Part shown: piece by piece, positions 24,401 through 36,420 of the stretch | How positions within the stretch are numbered: the stretch's first letter is position 1 | Layout: each line of letters starts with the position of its first letter | NCBI GenBank assembly: GCA_015680685.1 | Contig: MNCI01001743.1 | Coordinates: 154,472 to 218,471 of the forward strand | Length of the DNA stretch: 64,000 bases | Source: Gnetum montanum | Taxonomy: Eukaryota; Plantae; Gnetophyta | Direction: 5' to 3' | The notes under the pieces: generated by a model | Told to the model about the DNA's origin: nothing | The model's input: the letters and a program-made list of their open reading frames with translations, nothing else | The model's database searches: none | Made by a program: the position numbers and the translations under genes

Positions 24401-25653
24401 GGGCCTATGGGACTGCCGCCCTACTAAGCAGCATCGTGTCATCCGCATAGTGCTCCGCCCGACAGGTCACCCCCGCAATGTTCAGCCCATCGACCCCGGA
24501 TGTGCAACAGTAATGTTGCATCAGGTCCATGGCAATGATGAAAAGGAGGGGAGAGAGTGGGTCCCCTTGCCTCAGTCCCCTCCCAGGAGACGCAAGGCCC
24601 CACAGCCTCCCCCCCACGTTGAAGGAATAGCCCGCCGAGGATTGCATGTGGATGCATAAACGGGTGAACTGCGGGTCGAAACCTTTATGCTGCATGATGG
24701 TCTGCAGAGCTTCCCAACTAAGGGTGTCGTAAGCCTTTGTGATGTCCAGCTTGAGACAAAGGCTCGTCTACATCACTTAATTTCCCATTTTCTCTTGATT
24801 TTGTTGATTTTTTTATGATCAAGATATTACCAATTCTCAATGCAATAAAATTTTACCAACTACGTTTCCACCAAAAAATTGCAGTCTTTCAACCTGATCA
24901 ACATAGACATATGATACCCTTAATTAGCCAAAATCATTTGGATTTCCGATGCTTATTGCTAAGGATCATATTTACATTAAAATGATTCACGAGTCCAAGT
25001 CTCCCTAATGCCACTTGGAATCATGCTAAAAACCCTGTATATTCATTTTGTGTCAGGCAGTACAGCCAAACTGCATAGTATCACCAAGTTTTACATGTGC
25101 ACACATGTGTGCATGTATTATGGTCCCAGCCATTATTTTTGGCTAACTATGCACAAAGGACCATCACTCCAGCTGTTTGTTTCTCAAGTTGACCTAGGTT
25201 CAAGCTTAGGTGTAACCACTTAAAAGAGCTTAGGCTTTTGTTCATCAATGACCCTCCCAGGACTCCACTTTGGCAAGATGAGCATTGAACCTCTACGTGA
25301 TGATCCTTTGTGCACCTATGGTTGTATGATGGAAGCAGTACCATCAAGCCATAGGTTGGTTATCTCCAGCAAATAATCAACGAGTACCACGACCAGAATG
25401 TTTCTGTTTACTCCCGTGCTGTATTAATAAATACTGAGCAAGTGCAAAGTTTGTTGGTATACTGTTAATATTTGGTAGTTTACGCAAACTAGTTCCCAAA
25501 TTGCCCTTTTATCTTGAAAAAGTCCAAAATATCTGTGCACTGAATGAATTCATGAATTATCCCGCAAAGTTCAGACCCTGAAATCTCATTTCCTGGTGGA
25601 CCAAAATGTCAGAAATGAGAGTCTCATTAAAATAGTTAGTAGCCATCCTATGT
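21463..25653. repeat. 887-bp near-identical direct duplicate (21463-22349 = 24767-25653) flanking an N and a LINE fragment; probably two haplotypes
   Basis: Constant offset of 3304 and about 5 substitutions seen; first copy ends exactly at the N (22350). Confidence 0.9.
22351..24766 (-). mobile_element. Young GC-rich 5'-truncated LINE copy (copy 7): RT C-half - zf-RVT - accessory domain - Pro-rich - coiled coil (3' part lost in gap)
   Basis: LKLDITKAYD, GLRQGDPLSPLLF, HYADD, YLGIPL, CPTCGGAGETVAHFVRDC, LWTVWKARNNLVF. One stop (24405) and frameshifts at G/C homopolymers; CpGs retained. Confidence 0.92.
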
Positions 25654-25977
25654 TGCTTTACGCTCTCTAAATTATAATAACCTCAAAGGAACTATCAATG
25701 ACAGTTTGACACTACACTGATACCGGTAACAGCATAAAGGAATAACATCACTGTTGCTAAAACATTTTGATTCTTTGTTAACCTCCCCTACAGCTGTGGT
25801 AAAAGATGAACAAACTACAGTGCATAAATTGAACCTGCATAAACACAGAATGGATTCTAATTAACCAGAAACAGAAAAGAAATTGAACCCAAAAAAAAAC
25901 TTTTAAAATAAAACAAATTTGAGATGGGGGCTATGAGATAAAACCTATTTCCCATTATTTCATCAATTCCAGGATAC

Positions 25978-26061
25978 TCTTTAAATAACTTATCATAATA
26001 GCGTTTTGCAAGCCGTTGTTCCCATGACATGTCCTGATCATCTTCCTCACTTCGTATAAAT
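25978..26061 (-). CDS. FRA10AC1: FRA10AC1 coding exon 4 (FIRSEEDDQDMSWEQRLAKRYYDKLFKE)
   Basis: AAG acceptor and GTATCC donor; WEQRLxKRYYDKLFKE is the FRA10AC1 core motif. Confidence 0.95.
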
Positions 26062-27111
26062 CTTGTTAAGGCAGAAAACTTGGATTAGCAATGACCAACA
26101 TTGTCATACAAAAACGTTTATACTTACAAAGAACAAATTTTAATGGCCTCAAAAGGGAGAACGCAGTTAGCATCAGTGTGCAGTATAAAGATCTTCATTA
26201 AATGCTTCAAAAAAGCATAACCAATGGCATCCACCCAAAGCCATAACTTTGTTTTTGCTTACTTTACAATGCATTGTGGAATAATTCACATCAATGTTGC
26301 TTGGAAATCAAAAGGATTGATAAAAATTTAACCCTACTTGCAAATCAAACAAGTATTAAAAGCAGAAAACCATATAGACTCTGATTGAACATATTGTTCA
26401 TTGAGATCCAATTACATTCCAAGAAGACACGGGAATAATGGCAAAGAATACTTTGGCATAGAGTGTGAAACCTATTTCTTAAAGGATAATGATGATAGAA
26501 TCAAAAGCCACTGCCAAACCCTAGAAGCATCAGAGACTGGCATAAAGTCTCCCTGATGTTGACCTGCATAAAGCGTATCACTACGTTTGCCAGTTTATTA
26601 AGTGGAAAATCTTTTTCAATTACCAAGAAAATCCTAATCATAAAACAGCCAATAAAAAGGCTCTCCCTGAGTTAAATGCTCATAGGGACGTTTATTGTAC
26701 TTGGTACTTGGCTTTCCATCATATGTGTAGTGATATCAACGTAGGACTGCCTTTGCTGCATTTTACACATTTCTTCATTTTTCTCTCATATCAGCTCCAA
26801 GCAACTGTATCTTGAAGGCTAGCATTGTAGTAAAGAGTGTTGGCCATAGCAGATGCTTTGATTGCACAAGGAGATGCATATAGATGAAACACGAACAAGC
26901 AATTCATTGGCTTTTCCTCAAGCACATAGACAGAATGCTAGCATTGAAGAGGTTTCAAAGTGGTTTTTCCTCAAAGTTTACAGCAATGCATTGATGTTTC
27001 TTCAAGCTTTTATCCTCTTATTTCTCTCCTGGAGCTCTACTTATCATGTAAAATCTGTTATTTTTTTTATTTCTTGTTGGTTTATTTGCATTATATATCA
27101 AGGTGTGTGAC

Positions 27112-27585
27112 TTGTTGATTAGGGCATGTAGCTTGAATCCTTAAGTCAAACGTTCAATACCAATAGGGTGTCACTAAGATATACAAGCCTTACACAAATT
27201 AATGGAAACTGAATTGACCCAAAACTGAGTACAAGTGTTTCGATCTTACTCAACTTTTTCTGTCCACTTGCACCACCGAGCAAGGCACTACAGAATAAAA
27301 GACAGTGCAACAGTTCACTAAGACACGAGGAAAAACTCTCAGCAAAACCCAAAACCCAATAGTATTGGAAATAACACAAGGAGCATCTTTGTAGAAGTCC
27401 AAATATTGTCAAACAATTGCTCCTTGGTAGCTACTTGGTTGCTATATCGATTGTAGGAAAGGACTGTACTAGTCTTCCTTCCTCACTTATAACATAGAAG
27501 TATGGCATTAAAGTGATCTCCCACTTCTCATTTTGGACAAGGGCCACAAGATTAGACAGCATGTTAGTTAGTAAGTTAGTTAGAT
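27112..27585. mobile_element. Possible LTR fragment (Copia-like)
   Basis: Starts TGTTGA, LTR-like composition with GTTAGTTAG repeats; no matching end or TSD found. Confidence 0.3.
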
Positions 27586-27689
27586 CCTCTCTTTTTTTTC
27601 CTGAGGAGAGAAGGTCAGGAATATATTACAGCCACAAAAACAAGTCAAATACAAACGAGGGACAAAAACTTAGTGATGCTTGTTAGTAA

Positions 27690-30600
27690 GATGAGTGACT
27701 TGTGAGAGCCATGGGCAGAGGTAGGCAGGAATGGGACACGGGCAGCAATGGTGAAGACTGAGGCACAGGAGCGCAGCCCTAACTCATTAGTGGCCTAGAG
27801 CACATAGGGATCCCAATCTCTTCTAAAGGGCCTAGTTTGGATCAGGGTCTTGGGGCTGCCCTGGGAGCTTTAGATGGTTGATTTCCTAAATACACTTGCA
27901 AGCCTCTTTGGCAAGTTCATCTCCTTCAACAAATTCATGACGTAGAAGGAACAAGTGGGTTATGTGAGATTTTGTGTTTGGAGGTCATTATTCCCTAACG
28001 ATTTGCTGCGGGAGGTCATCCTAGATCTTTTGTCTAAGAAGGAAAACTACATGTAAAATATGAGAATGTTGCCTTGGACAAAAAGCCCCGGTTCAAAAAG
28101 GGGNTCATGCCAAGGCACCTAGGCCTAAGAACAAATCGGATACATATGGTTGGTTGCTAGTGGAGAAAAAGGGTCAAGTCTCTCCAGCTGCTTCTCCATG
28201 GGAACCCATAGTAGGGGGTTCTCAAAGCAAATCCAGTGTCAATTGTGTCTAGGGAGGGGGGCTACAGGGTGGGGGGGATGCCTCCTCTCCACCTCCCACT
28301 CCTACTATTACAAGTGTTCCAACCATCTGCACACCACCCCCCTAGTGGAGAACTCCTGCCCCTTGGAGGTGGATGTCAATGGTGCATGGCTCAACTCTAT
28401 CGTCATTTGAGCCAGTCACTCGCAAGATCCTAATAGAAGAGGATTAGGGCGTTATGGTTTCCACAAGGTCTCAAAAGGTTGGACAACCAACAAGACAAGA
28501 AACACGAAATAAGAAGACACAATAGGATATTGATTTGGGATCTCAAGCAATCCTCAGAGGGCTTTACAAAAGAGGTCTACTAGTAGACCATGAAGACCTT
28601 GTTACAAAATTGTAGGAGACAAGGTACCCCCTACAAAAGAAGTACCCTAAAAGAATTAGTGCAAGATGTAGGTTGTGACATGGTATGCCTCCAAAAGACT
28701 AAATTGCACACCATACATTGTAATTCTCTGCATTGGCAAGGGTGGTACTCTCACTTTGTGGATTGTCATGGCAAGGTAGGGGGTTGGCCACGCTCTCCCG
28801 CACACCTTTTGACATCGTTGATGAATCCACCTGAAGCCTTATGGTGTTCCTACCACCACAAGGAATCAATATCATGAACTTATATGGCCCCTAGAATTGG
28901 GGACAACGATTATAGGAGCTCCACAAAATTGTTGAGCATGTTTTGAACCCCCACACCTAAATGTTAATTGGATACTTCAACTAGTACCTATATGCATGGG
29001 AAAAGACTAGGGGAGGCATCGAACCTCTGCCAACGAATCAGGAGTTCCAGCAATTTCTCCAAACTTTTGACTTGATTGATGTAGATATAAAGGGATGCCT
29101 TTTCACCTGTAGCAATAGAAGAAAAGGGCCTAATTGGGTCATGTCTAAGATTGATAAGGTCTAGGTTAGTACAAAGATCCTCCTTTACCATGACGTCTCT
29201 ATTACTGGCCACAAGTAGTGGGCATCCAATCATCAAGCTCTGATCTATATAGTCCAACAACCCAGACAAACTTGGGTCTATTCAGTTTAGATTCAAACAA
29301 CCATGGCTAACAAGACACTAGTTGTGTAAGCTAGTGATGGACATCTGGGGAGATTTTCCCTTGCAAACTAACCCTAAGGATTTCCTAAAACACGAGCTTG
29401 CACATGTCAAAAAGGAGATACGAAGAATGCAAGTGTCAAACAAATATTCTTTCAAAGCTTTCCATACTGCACTGCAGCAAAGATTGCTTGATATCTAGGC
29501 CTAACAGGAAGCTAGGGAATTGCTAGAGGAAGAGGAGCACAAGATCTTGGTCACTCTGCAACAACTATCGAAAGAAGAGGAGCAATACTAGAGAGAGAGA
29601 TCACTAGTCAGGTAGCTTAGTGAAGGCAACAAAAATACTTGCTTCTTTTTTGCAACTACTAAGGCTAACAATCAATCAAAAAAGATTCAAAACCTCTCGC
29701 AAGGGGGGTGGGGGGCACAAGGCAGTGTGGCAAAAACTCCTCCACGACACACATAGCATTGCCCAAGAGATGCAAAGGTACTAGTCCAGGATTTGAACAA
29801 GGGGAATACTCCCCTATCTTTGTCCAAATTCAAAAGGTTGTCGAGGAGGAAGATGACCTTAGATTCCTCATGTCCATCACTAGGCAGGAATTATCTAATG
29901 TCATGGCCTTCCTTAAGAGTGCTAAGGCTCCAAGGCCATATGGCTGGCCTATTGATTTCTTTTGCAAGTTCTCTGACATCTTGGGGAGCAATCTCCTTGA
30001 TGCCTTCAACCTCATGTTGAAGTGGGGACAAGTTAGACATGAGATTAATTGCTCACAGATCGTGCTCATCCCAAAAATCTCTCATTGCACCAAACCTATC
30101 CACTTCAAACCCATTGGAGTGTGCGATATGCTACTCAAGCTATTCACCAAAATTCTAGTTAAATGCCTCCAACTGTTGATGTCATCCTTGGTCACTCCCC
30201 AGTAGGCCAATTTTGTCAAGGGAAGGTACATTCAAGATCAGATCCCCTTGCTCCAAGAAGTGATGCATTCCATACAAAGAGCCAAATTCCCTGGTATGTG
30301 CATCAAAACTTGATATTGTTAGAGCTTATGACACAATCCACTAGTGATGACTCGTATTCTGCTTAGGCCTCGATATCAGATCACATGCTACATTATTGGA
30401 TATCCAATATCGCAGGATGTTTGCCTACCTATAAATACAGCACTTGGGCACATGATCCAAACATATTTCCATTAGTTGTAGCAAAGATCTTGCAATTTTT
30501 CCTTCCAAAAGTTAAAATATTTTCTGAGTGCCCGCAGTAGGAGTCAAACAAGTGTATGGATCTTTATTTGAGCACTGATGTACTTGAGCACCTTAGTGTG

Positions 30601-32228
30601 AACGGCAATAAAGATGAGCTTTTCTGATCAAACCTTGTAGCACTTAGAATGGATTAATGTTTCCTTATGCATTTATTATTCATGCACTTTACTTTAATGA
30701 ATTTTAATTTAATACCGATTAAATAACAAACATAAGTATGACCGCTTCAGGCATACGTTAATGCTTGGCAATCCCAATAGCGCCTAACGCTTGGTAACCA
30801 AGTAGCATTGCAATGTGTTCAGGATGTGTACAGAAAGTGGGAACGGATGCTTATGTTAGGATTAGTTAAGTATTAGTTAGTTATTAGATTAATTAGATTA
30901 ATTGAATATTAAATTTACTTTGTTTCCAGCACTTAGTTGATTAAAACCATAAAAGACAAAATGATAAAAATCAAATGCCTCAGTTACAATTAACCATACA
31001 CTTGCACTTCACAAGTGGAACTAAGAATACAACGAGTGCAACAATTATATTCACCTCTTAGAAATCGGTGTACTTAGAGAGCTGAAGTGTACAGAATTTG
31101 ACCAGATCGCTAAGTGAACACTAGTGATTCATATGGTTGGGCATAGGGTATATTCATTGCTCATCAATTGGGGTGCTCTTCGAGACATTATCCTCAAGAG
31201 GAGAATCAACCAAAAACTTGTTGATCCCTGCATTAATCTTTAGGCCATAGGGGCCTAGTCATTTGACATCACTGGGAAGCTGTGGGGGTTTTCTTCCCCT
31301 TGCAAGGGGCTACATTAAGGTGATCCTCTTTCCCCTTACCATTTCATTATAGCCATGGATAGCATGAATCTGTATTGCAAGATTGAAGGGATCCAAGGAC
31401 TAAATATTGAAGGGGTTGACTACATCATTGAACATTCTGTTGATGACACGATTTGATGACCCGGGTGGCAATGCCAAAGGTGCAGGCAATCAAAAGGGCT
31501 CTCAGTAGGATAGCAAAAGAAGTGGGCCTAGAGCTTAATCAGTGAAAGTCTGCAATACATGTTTTCCATACTGAGGAGATGGTTAAAAGTTAGGTTTGTC
31601 AGACCCTAAGGATTTTGCAAGGTACAATGCAAGACTCGTATTTAGGAGTGCCCATGTTTGCTTGGAACAAGCAATTGTCCAAGACTTGGTTGGTCCAAAA
31701 GCTTCAATCTCGAGTAAGGCAATAGACCTCATGTTGTTTGACTAGAAAAGGGAAGATTATTCTAGTCACCTTGGTCCTATCTACTATTGCTAGATATGTT
31801 GCCCCCGTTGTTGCTCCTCCGAAGGGCATCATTAACAAAGTTGATCAAATTGTTTGAAACTTTATTTGGTCCAAAGGAAAAGGTGGCGAATGTATGTATC
31901 TAGTCTGTTGGGAGAAGGTGGCCAAACCAAGACTTGTGGGGGTTCTGAAGGTGTTGAGATTTCATGATGTCATCTTCATCGAGTACCAGGGGATTATGAA
32001 TCAGTTCATGCAAAATGACAGTTATCAACTGCAATTGGTGCCCATACCAACCTTGGACAACAAACCCCAAGGACTCCCACATCTGGAGGAGCCTCTGCAA
32101 TTATGTGCAAAGGATTGCCCAATGGAGGCTGATGGGTGCGCAGCCATGCAAGGTTATAAATACAAATATCCCACTGTGTAGCTGGTGGGCTGCTTGGAAA
32201 GGGTGGTTGCCGCAAAATATTAAATGCC
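27690..32228 (+). mobile_element. Degenerate LINE (copy 6): partial ORF1, endonuclease, RT; 3'-truncated at the start of zf-RVT; interrupted by a solo LTR
   Basis: VWIRVLGLPWEL (ORF1); ORF2 ATG 28590; KAPRPYGWP (~29925); AYDTIH|WGAL split by the LTR; GDPLSPY (~31320); SVDD (~31437); ends at WKGWLPQNIK. Confidence 0.85.
30345..31166 (+). mobile_element. Solo LTR (Athila-like family) inserted in the LINE RT
   Basis: TGATGA...TCATCA termini; degenerate 5-bp TSD ACTAG/ATTGG; 3' half similar to the LTRs at 41398 and 60445. Confidence 0.88.
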
Positions 32229-32321
32229 AAAAAACAGAAAGGGAAAGAACTATGACTACTTCATTTCATATAGCAATCAAAAATTAAAACAGTAACATAG
32301 TCAAAACTTTTCAAAACAAAC

Positions 32322-32403
32322 CTGTAAGATTCTCTAAGAGTGTCTTGGTCAGTTTTAACCAGTTGGCTTTTGTCCATAATCGAATGCTTTCCATAAAATT
32401 GAA
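32322..32403 (-). CDS. FRA10AC1: FRA10AC1 coding exon 3 (VQFYGKHSIMDKSQLVKTDQDTLRESYR)
   Basis: CAG acceptor and GT donor; KTDQDTLRE motif; in phase with neighbouring exons. Confidence 0.95.
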
Positions 32404-33585
32404 CTGAACAACAAACAAAATAGAAATTTACATTTCTGGTATGAATGGTGGGAAATTTGAAGTATAAAGGCTTTTTAAAAACCAAATGCAACAACCCTAA
32501 ACATACAATCAGTTTTTTGTATATAACAGAACCGGTGATGTAGCTTGTGCAAGATAAAGCAACCAAAATCTACCATCAGAAAACTGATTACTTAAAGAAA
32601 ACTAGTCCAGTGACTTATAAGCACGTATACAACATATGGTGAATTAAAGTAGAGCAAGACACAAAGAAAAAGGACTCTAGCATAGGTGCAAACAAATGAC
32701 AGTCAAAAATAGCGTTAATTAGTCTAACCCATGTTTTACTTCTTGCAGCAAATAAAGCAGTCCGAACAAGTAAAGTTCAACATGATATAAAATGGTATTG
32801 TGATAAAACAAAGAATATTCACAAAGTATGAAGGTCATTAAGAAGATAGCTATACAAACTGATAAAAGACTAATTCATAATCAAAAAGACCTGCAGAAGT
32901 TTTAGAAACATGCTCAAAACTACAGCTCCTTTTTGCTGAAAAACTTCAAGTTGATTGAATTGCACAACTGTCATGCCCAACAGATTTTTGAAAGGCATTT
33001 TTGTGGGTATAATAATAAATTCATTTCAGTTTCAGTTTCCCCATCTATGGAACATACCACATTACAATTCACGGTCATAAATGCATGATTTGAAACAAAT
33101 CACCAACAAATACAAAGAGAAATATTGAATTTTTCCAGTTTTAAATGCATATTTTGTAATCGTCATAATCCTGGAATGGGGTCAGCTAAATATGCAATGA
33201 ATTTGGAAAGCATATAGCCACAGTAACTGACACCACAATGATGTAGGAAACGTAATAGAACTTTTAAAGTCTCTTTTTAAGAAATAAGAAAGCAGATACA
33301 GCCAGAAACGAAACAATAATATCCATAATACGGTCAAGATCCATTCTTCCAAGCAGCGCTGAAAACATTAATAGAATAAACAAATCCTGCGAGAACATTC
33401 TATAATGAAAATGCAATATAGCACATAGATACCAAGAATAGCATTCCTTTCTACACTGGGATGTGTAAACTCACTGGACAACAGGACAATAGGAGAACCA
33501 AGGGTCTCATAAACCCAAAAGCTTAGATGTAGATAAGCATTCTAAAAGGATGGTGTTTAAAAACTATGAATCAATCATATCATAC

Positions 33586-33653
33586 CGTAATCTTCCATGA
33601 ATTTCTTGTGGCGGTCATACGCATTAAGCCCTTTAATGAATGCACCATACTGC
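33586..33653 (-). CDS. FRA10AC1: FRA10AC1 coding exon 2 (QYGAFIKGLNAYDRHKKFMEDY)
   Basis: TAG acceptor and GTATG donor; contains the LNAYDRHKKF motif typical of FRA10AC1; phases fit exons 1 and 3. Confidence 0.95.
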
Positions 33654-34914
33654 CTAACACAATTGTTTGTAAAAACAAAGTGTCAATACTGTAAGGCTAC
33701 AACAAGTGAAATAACCAAGAGAATAACATATAAAAAAATGTCCTAATGACATTCATATGCATCATGAAATAGCATTGCCTGTAAATGCAATCCCAAAACT
33801 TGAAACAATTTGATAATATATATCTTCATCTTGCATTATTTATTTCAGGGTCACTAACTAGGCATTCGCACGGTCATATGTAATGTCACAGAACAAAAAT
33901 TCCAACATTTGATTACATATAGATTATTTTATGAATAAACATTTAAAATATGGTAATATTTGCTTTCCTTTTGGGATGACCTCACATGATATAGAAAAGC
34001 CAAAATAAAGTAGGATTAGATGATTCCAGGATACAAAACTTATTCAAGAAACTGACCCCGTTATTTCTTTGCTATGTTGTCTTTGAGTCTGAGAAATCAA
34101 TGATCGAGCATAATAGTTAGATAAATCATATTAATTTGTTACACGCAAAAGACTAGCATGTCTGTAGCAAATCCAAGTTGACGTAGAACTTCTTCTTTAT
34201 CATAATTTATGCAAGTTAAGATCACTGTAAACAAATTTATATGTTTGCTCAAAAAGAAATCTCACAGAACGTGATTGTTTCTTAGCTGAATTTCTGAAAA
34301 TATACATTTGGAAATACTCCTTCAGAAAAGAAAGAAAAGAAGAAATGATTAATTCTATCTACCTTAGTCTTCTACCATAAACCTGTGATACCCAATGAAA
34401 AAAAAGATACTTGTTCTTTTTAATATAAAAATTTCTTTCTTCAGAACAAGTAAAGAGAACATTTTTGGTAAGAGGACTCGGAATTAGATGATCAAGAATC
34501 AAGTCACAAAAATGACTGGCTAATATTTGACGCTGTGGAATCCATTGCATTTAGGCATAGTTTGAAAAATCTGCAATTAATATTGTGCAGTGCAATTAAT
34601 CGCAAATCATGTCCCAAGCTGATCAGAAATCAGATCATCTTGGGATTTTAATTTACAGTTCAATTACCCATTGGATCACAATTAATTCTGATCTAAAACA
34701 CAGAAATCATTATTAAACATTCTACCAAAATTGCTTAACGGGATGCTCAAAGCAAAATCATTCAAAATAAACATCACAACTCAGTATTCCAAGCATGCAC
34801 ATCAATGAGGAATGAGGCAGCCACACATAAATTTTTATGATTTTTTCCAATTTTGTCAATTTGATAGATGAATTCAATTTTTTATCCAATTTGATTTATC
34901 AACAAGGTTCCCTA

Positions 34915-35343
34915 TTTTTTTAGCATATTTTTGGGAATATATTAACAGAAAAACAGAAGTATTTACATCTCAGGGATAACCCCTGCCCAGCACGACCACC
35001 ACAGACTGTGGGAGGAACACTGGCCACCACCATCAAAAGATGGGGTTAAACCAGGACCCCTTAAGAACCCACACCATCATCAAAAGATGGGGTTAAAGAA
35101 GGACCCCTTAGACACCTGACGCCAACCAACAAGGACACATAAACTGATGTCCCCCTGAAGTTAACACCCTCCGGTGTCCCTAGAGCCAACCACCAGCAAA
35201 GACAACCACAGAAAGCTAAACCAACGGAGAACAGACAGAAAAAACCCCCATCCCGGAGGGCGGGACCAACAACCCACACAAACCAAACCCATGTCATGCA
35301 TCCCCCACTCAATGGGGTTGACGAGGAAGCTGGGCGCAGCTGC
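34915..35343 (-). mobile_element. Short 3'-end copy (~430 bp) of the J-domain LINE: last codons, 3'UTR and poly(A)
   Basis: Reverse complement is collinear with the copy-1 3'UTR (GGATGGGGG..TTAACCCCAT..CAGTG.TCCTCCCA..CAGGG..TCCCT..AAAAAT.TGCT-An). Confidence 0.8.
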
Positions 35344-36364
35344 AATCCAATTGGATTTAGTATAAAAATTGAGTGAATTATGGAGAAATAAACTTGTTAA
35401 AACACAGCTGCTCATGTTTCAAAGAGGGACAAAGAAAAGAAAATAAAAATTACTTGTTTAAGAATATGGCAAATTAGTTATAAATGTTACTCAGCTGTTC
35501 TTATATTCTCTCAACATAACTTAAATCAAGTGTGAAAAGATAACATTTATGTCAATAAATATAAGGTATTTAGTAAAAGCTTCTTCAACTGATTCACTGT
35601 GAAATATTAAGCTAGTTACCTTGTTTAATTTAGAAACAGCACGCTCAAACCATGCAAGAGATGCAAGAACGTTGTGATTATACTCTCAAACACAGCTTTT
35701 AACAATTTTAAGAAAATAGGACCCTAACGATGCATATCTGCAAGGCTGGGAAGCAACCAAGTGAAAGAAAAATAAAGGCAAATGGACTATATTCCAAACA
35801 TTAAAAGATATTACAAACGGAAGAGAAACTAATCAATAACAATTATAACTGGATAAACCCAGGAATGCAATCAACTGTATATATCCGGAATGCTTACAAC
35901 TTCAATTCACTCAACAAGCAAAAAATTCCATCAGAAAATAATCAAAAATAAGGTTCTAAACAACACAATGTGTAGTTTGAGGCAAAGGCAAAAAGGCAGG
36001 GAAAGTTTCATCCTGATAATACAAAACAAACAATTTATGAATAATAATTACGCGGGCCAATTTCCACGAAAAGGTTTGTCAGATACAAATAAGCAACGTT
36101 CTATGTGTCGCAGGTGAAATATTCGGTTTAGCACTATTTTCAATCTAAAGTCATCTCTCGAATAAATTTGATTCATTCATAAATTGATCCTGCAAGTGTA
36201 CTAATTTATTTCATTTCTCTCTTATTTCCATTTAATAACTTCATTTGGAATTGTGCCGCACTACAGAAACGGCCGTCTTAGAGATATTATAACATAAATC
36301 TTCTGATCGAAGTTCAGCAGACTCAATGCAAAGTAAATTCCAACAAAAATGGTCAGAAACCTAC

Positions 36365-36420
36365 TGTCTTTTCTGCTCTTTATCATATATCGCAGATTTT
36401 AACGAGCTAAATGAAGCCAT
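36365..36420 (-). CDS. FRA10AC1: FRA10AC1 coding exon 1 (MASFSSLKSAIYDKEQKR..)
   Basis: ATG at 36420. The translation matches the plant FRA10AC1 N-terminus as recalled (MASFxSLKSAIxDxExRK). GT donor at 36364; phase 2 joins exon 2 to give CAG (Q). Confidence 0.9.

Noticed and set aside
22292-24659. Long plus-strand ORFs (377 aa and 454 aa)
   Set aside because: Antisense shadow frames of the GC-rich LINE ORF2; low-complexity, no motifs, one spans an N, and they are not open in other copies.
21463-25653. 887-bp direct repeats read as LTRs or a giant TSD
   Set aside because: No TG..CA ends, PBS or PPT; the first copy ends at an N; best explained as haplotype duplication in the assembly.
26430-27110. 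Possible gene fragment in intron 3
   Set aside because: No recognisable motif or sustained frame on either strand.
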